Under the pieces are notes generated by a model, which did not search any database, had not been told where the DNA came from, and saw only the letters and a program-made list of their open reading frames with translations. The translations under genes and the position numbers were made by a program. A DNA stretch of 64,000 bases from an uncultured Microthrixaceae bacterium. Its GTDB lineage: Bacteria; Actinomycetota; Acidimicrobiia; Acidimicrobiales; DATDAH01. Numbering within the stretch: the first letter of the stretch is position 1; every line of letters starts with the position of its first letter. This document shows, piece by piece, positions 62,291 through 64,000 of the stretch. The DNA lies in assembly GCA_963845425.1 (NCBI GenBank), contig CAWJSC010000002.1, positions 193,716 through 257,715 of the forward strand. Direction: 5' to 3'.

Positions 62291-64000
62291 GTGCTCACGA
62301 TCTCCGGCCTGAGCAAGGCCCACGGCAACCGGACGTTGTTCCGGGGCGTCACCTTCGTCCTGGGCGACGGGCGCCGGGTCGCGCTCGTGGGCGCCAACGG
62401 CGTGGGCAAGACCACGCTGCTGGAGATCGTGGCCGGGCTGCAGGACGCTGACGCCGGCGAGGTCCATCGCTCCGCCGACCTCCGCTTGGGCTACCTGCCC
62501 CAGGACCAGCCCGTGGCCTCCGCCGGCACCGTGCTGGACGAGACCCTCGACGGCGGCGGCCCGCTGGCCGAGCTCCACCACCGGCTGGAGGACCTCGAGG
62601 CCCGGCTCACCGCCGGGGACCAGGGTGTCCTGGAGGAGTACGGCGACGTCCAGTCCCGTTTCGAGGGCCTCGGCGGCTACGGCCTGCAGGCCGAGGCCGA
62701 GCGCATCCTCGGCGGTCTCGGGTTCACCCCCGAGGACTCCCGCCGGCCCGTCCGCGAGCTGTCCGGGGGCTGGCGCATGCGGGTGCTGCTGGCCCGACTG
62801 CTGCTGAGCGACCCCGACGTGCTCCTCTTGGACGAGCCGACCAACCACCTCGACGTCGACTCCGTCGGGTGGCTGGAGCAGTACCTCTCCGCCTATCGAG
62901 GGGCCGTGCTGTTCGTCAGTCACGACCGGGACTTCATCGACGGCGTGGCCAACCGGGTCATCGAGATGAGTCACGAGTCGGCCACCGAGTACGTGGGCGG
63001 TTTCGCCGAGTTCGTGGTCGAGCGGGAGGCCAACCTCGAGCGCCTGGAGGCCGCAGCCAACCGCCAGGCCAAGCAGCTGGCCAAGACCGAGCAGTTCATC
63101 GAGCGCTTCCGCTACAAGGCGACCAAGGCCCGGCAGGTCCAGAGCCGGGTCAAAGCGCTCGAGAAGATCGAGCGCATCGCCGTCCCCGACGACGAGACCA
63201 TCAAGGCCAGGTTCGCGTTCGCACCCCCGCCTCGCTCGTCGCGGGTCGTGGCCGAGCTGCACGGCGTCGACGTGGGCTACGACGACGAGCCGCCGGTGTT
63301 GACCGGCGTGGACGTGGTCATCGAGCGGGGCATGCGCATCGGCCTGATCGGGCCGAACGGGGCCGGCAAGACCACGCTGCTCAAGGTCCTGCTGGGCCAG
63401 CTGGAGCCCACAGCAGGCACGATCGCGCTCGGCAACAACATCGAGATCGCCAGCTTCGAGCAGCACCAGGCCGATGCTCTCGACGGCACCAAGCGGGTGG
63501 TGGAGGAGTTCTCGGCCAGCGTGCCCGAGGCGGCCGGCCGCAACCGCCGCACGCTGCTGGGCAGCTTCGGCTTCAGCGGCGACGCCGCCGACCGGCGGGT
63601 CAGCGACCTGTCCGGTGGCGAGCGCACTCGCCTGGCGCTGGGCAAGATCATGGTCGAGCCCCACAACCTGCTGGTGCTCGACGAGCCCACGAACCACCTC
63701 GACCTGCCCAGCTGCGACATCCTCGAGGATGCCTTGCGCGCCTACGAGGGCACCGTTCTCCTGGTCACCCACGACCGGCACCTGATCCGCTCGGTCGCCA
63801 CCTCGCTCATCGAGGTCCGGGGCGGCAGGGCCCAGTGGCACGACGGGGTGGACGAGTCGATCCTCACCCCCCGCACCGACGCCGGCTCCGGACGGTCGGC
63901 GCCCCGCACCGGGAGCCACGGCGACGGCCGCAACGCCGACCGGCGCACCGCGGCGGAGCGTCGCCAGGAGCGGGCCGGGGTGACCAAGCCCCTGAAGGAC
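62291..64000 (+). CDS. ABC-F family ATPase (two ABC domains, no TM); 3' end cut by window edge
   Basis: Own translation from GTG 62291, the first start after the in-frame TGA at 62282: VLTISGLSKAHGNRTLF...GANGVGKTTLLEI...LSGGWRMRVLLARLL...LLLDEPTNHLD...linker QFIERFRYKATKARQVQSR...GPNGAGKTTLLKV...LSGGERTRLALG...LVLDEPTNHLD. It is not in the track because no stop lies inside the window. Confidence 0.9.
   Translation, partial: MLTISGLSKAHGNRTLFRGVTFVLGDGRRVALVGANGVGKTTLLEIVAGLQDADAGEVHRSADLRLGYLPQDQPVASAGTVLDETLDGGGPLAELHHRLEDLEARLTAGDQGVLEEYGDVQSRFEGLGGYGLQAEAERILGGLGFTPEDSRRPVRELSGGWRMRVLLARLLLSDPDVLLLDEPTNHLDVDSVGWLEQYLSAYRGAVLFVSHDRDFIDGVANRVIEMSHESATEYVGGFAEFVVEREANLERLEAAANRQAKQLAKTEQFIERFRYKATKARQVQSRVKALEKIERIAVPDDETIKARFAFAPPPRSSRVVAELHGVDVGYDDEPPVLTGVDVVIERGMRIGLIGPNGAGKTTLLKVLLGQLEPTAGTIALGNNIEIASFEQHQADALDGTKRVVEEFSASVPEAAGRNRRTLLGSFGFSGDAADRRVSDLSGGERTRLALGKIMVEPHNLLVLDEPTNHLDLPSCDILEDALRAYEGTVLLVTHDRHLIRSVATSLIEVRGGRAQWHDGVDESILTPRTDAGSGRSAPRTGSHGDGRNADRRTAAERRQERAGVTKPLKD

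Noticed and set aside
62123-63919. 598-aa minus-strand ORF antisense to the ABC-F gene
   Set aside because: It is a shadow ORF. The plus strand shows two full Walker A, signature and Walker B sets.

Overview
Very high-G+C (by eye about 70% or more) actinobacterial-type chromosomal DNA, densely packed with about 55 protein-coding genes. I recognised no rRNA, tRNA, CRISPR array, transposase, integrase or phage genes. Many long ORFs in the six-frame track are R/G/P/A-rich shadow frames of real genes and were discarded. Real starts were often internal ATG/GTG/TTG codons, because the track extends each ORF to the farthest upstream start.

Main blocks:
(1) 1-5.8 kb: SDR, PHP hydrolase, membrane H+-pyrophosphatase (hppA), and a secreted coiled-coil M15 peptidase.
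(2) 5.8-13 kb: a DosR/DevR-like stress or dormancy island. It holds an Rv2004c-like kinase/P-loop protein, a PNPOx-like protein, a PAS histidine kinase, a NarL-type regulator, an orphan protein, a tandem USP, a CBS protein and a zinc-finger-USP fusion. GGGACC-WW-GGTCCC-type palindromes sit in front of its genes.
(3) 14.5-25.4 kb: a 9-gene minus-strand catabolic array. It holds an amidohydrolase, a fused double family-III CoA-transferase, two acyl-CoA synthetases, a serine hydrolase, a SnoaL protein, a conserved unknown, a CBS protein and a Rieske oxygenase. A palindromic 67-bp insertion flanked by a 26-bp duplication interrupts it.
(4) 25.4-33 kb: miscellaneous metabolism (GATase, SDR, tag, FAD oxidase, ThDP enzyme, GNAT, acyl-CoA synthetase).
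(5) 33-38 kb: PAS-GAF-GAF-PP2C phosphatase coupled to an M1 peptidase, plus an SDR and a USP.
(6) 38.4-43.4 kb: a frameshifted ECF sigma gene, a 616-aa anti-sigma factor, an M15 peptidase, and a divergent lipoprotein.
(7) 43.5-50.5 kb: a GlxA/DJ-1 pair and a histidine kinase, response regulator and MacB-type ABC module.
(8) 50.6-64 kb: amidohydrolase, atypical CoA-transferase, LEH-like protein, esterase lipoprotein, MMPL transporter, XRE-cupin/EamA pair, sulfotransferase/DUF1214 pair, and an ABC-F ATPase cut by the window edge.

Non-coding items: a two-copy REP-like hairpin family, a 73-bp tandem duplication under two converging ORF tails, and several terminator-like hairpins.

All functional calls rest on motifs I could read in the translations. 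No database search was run.
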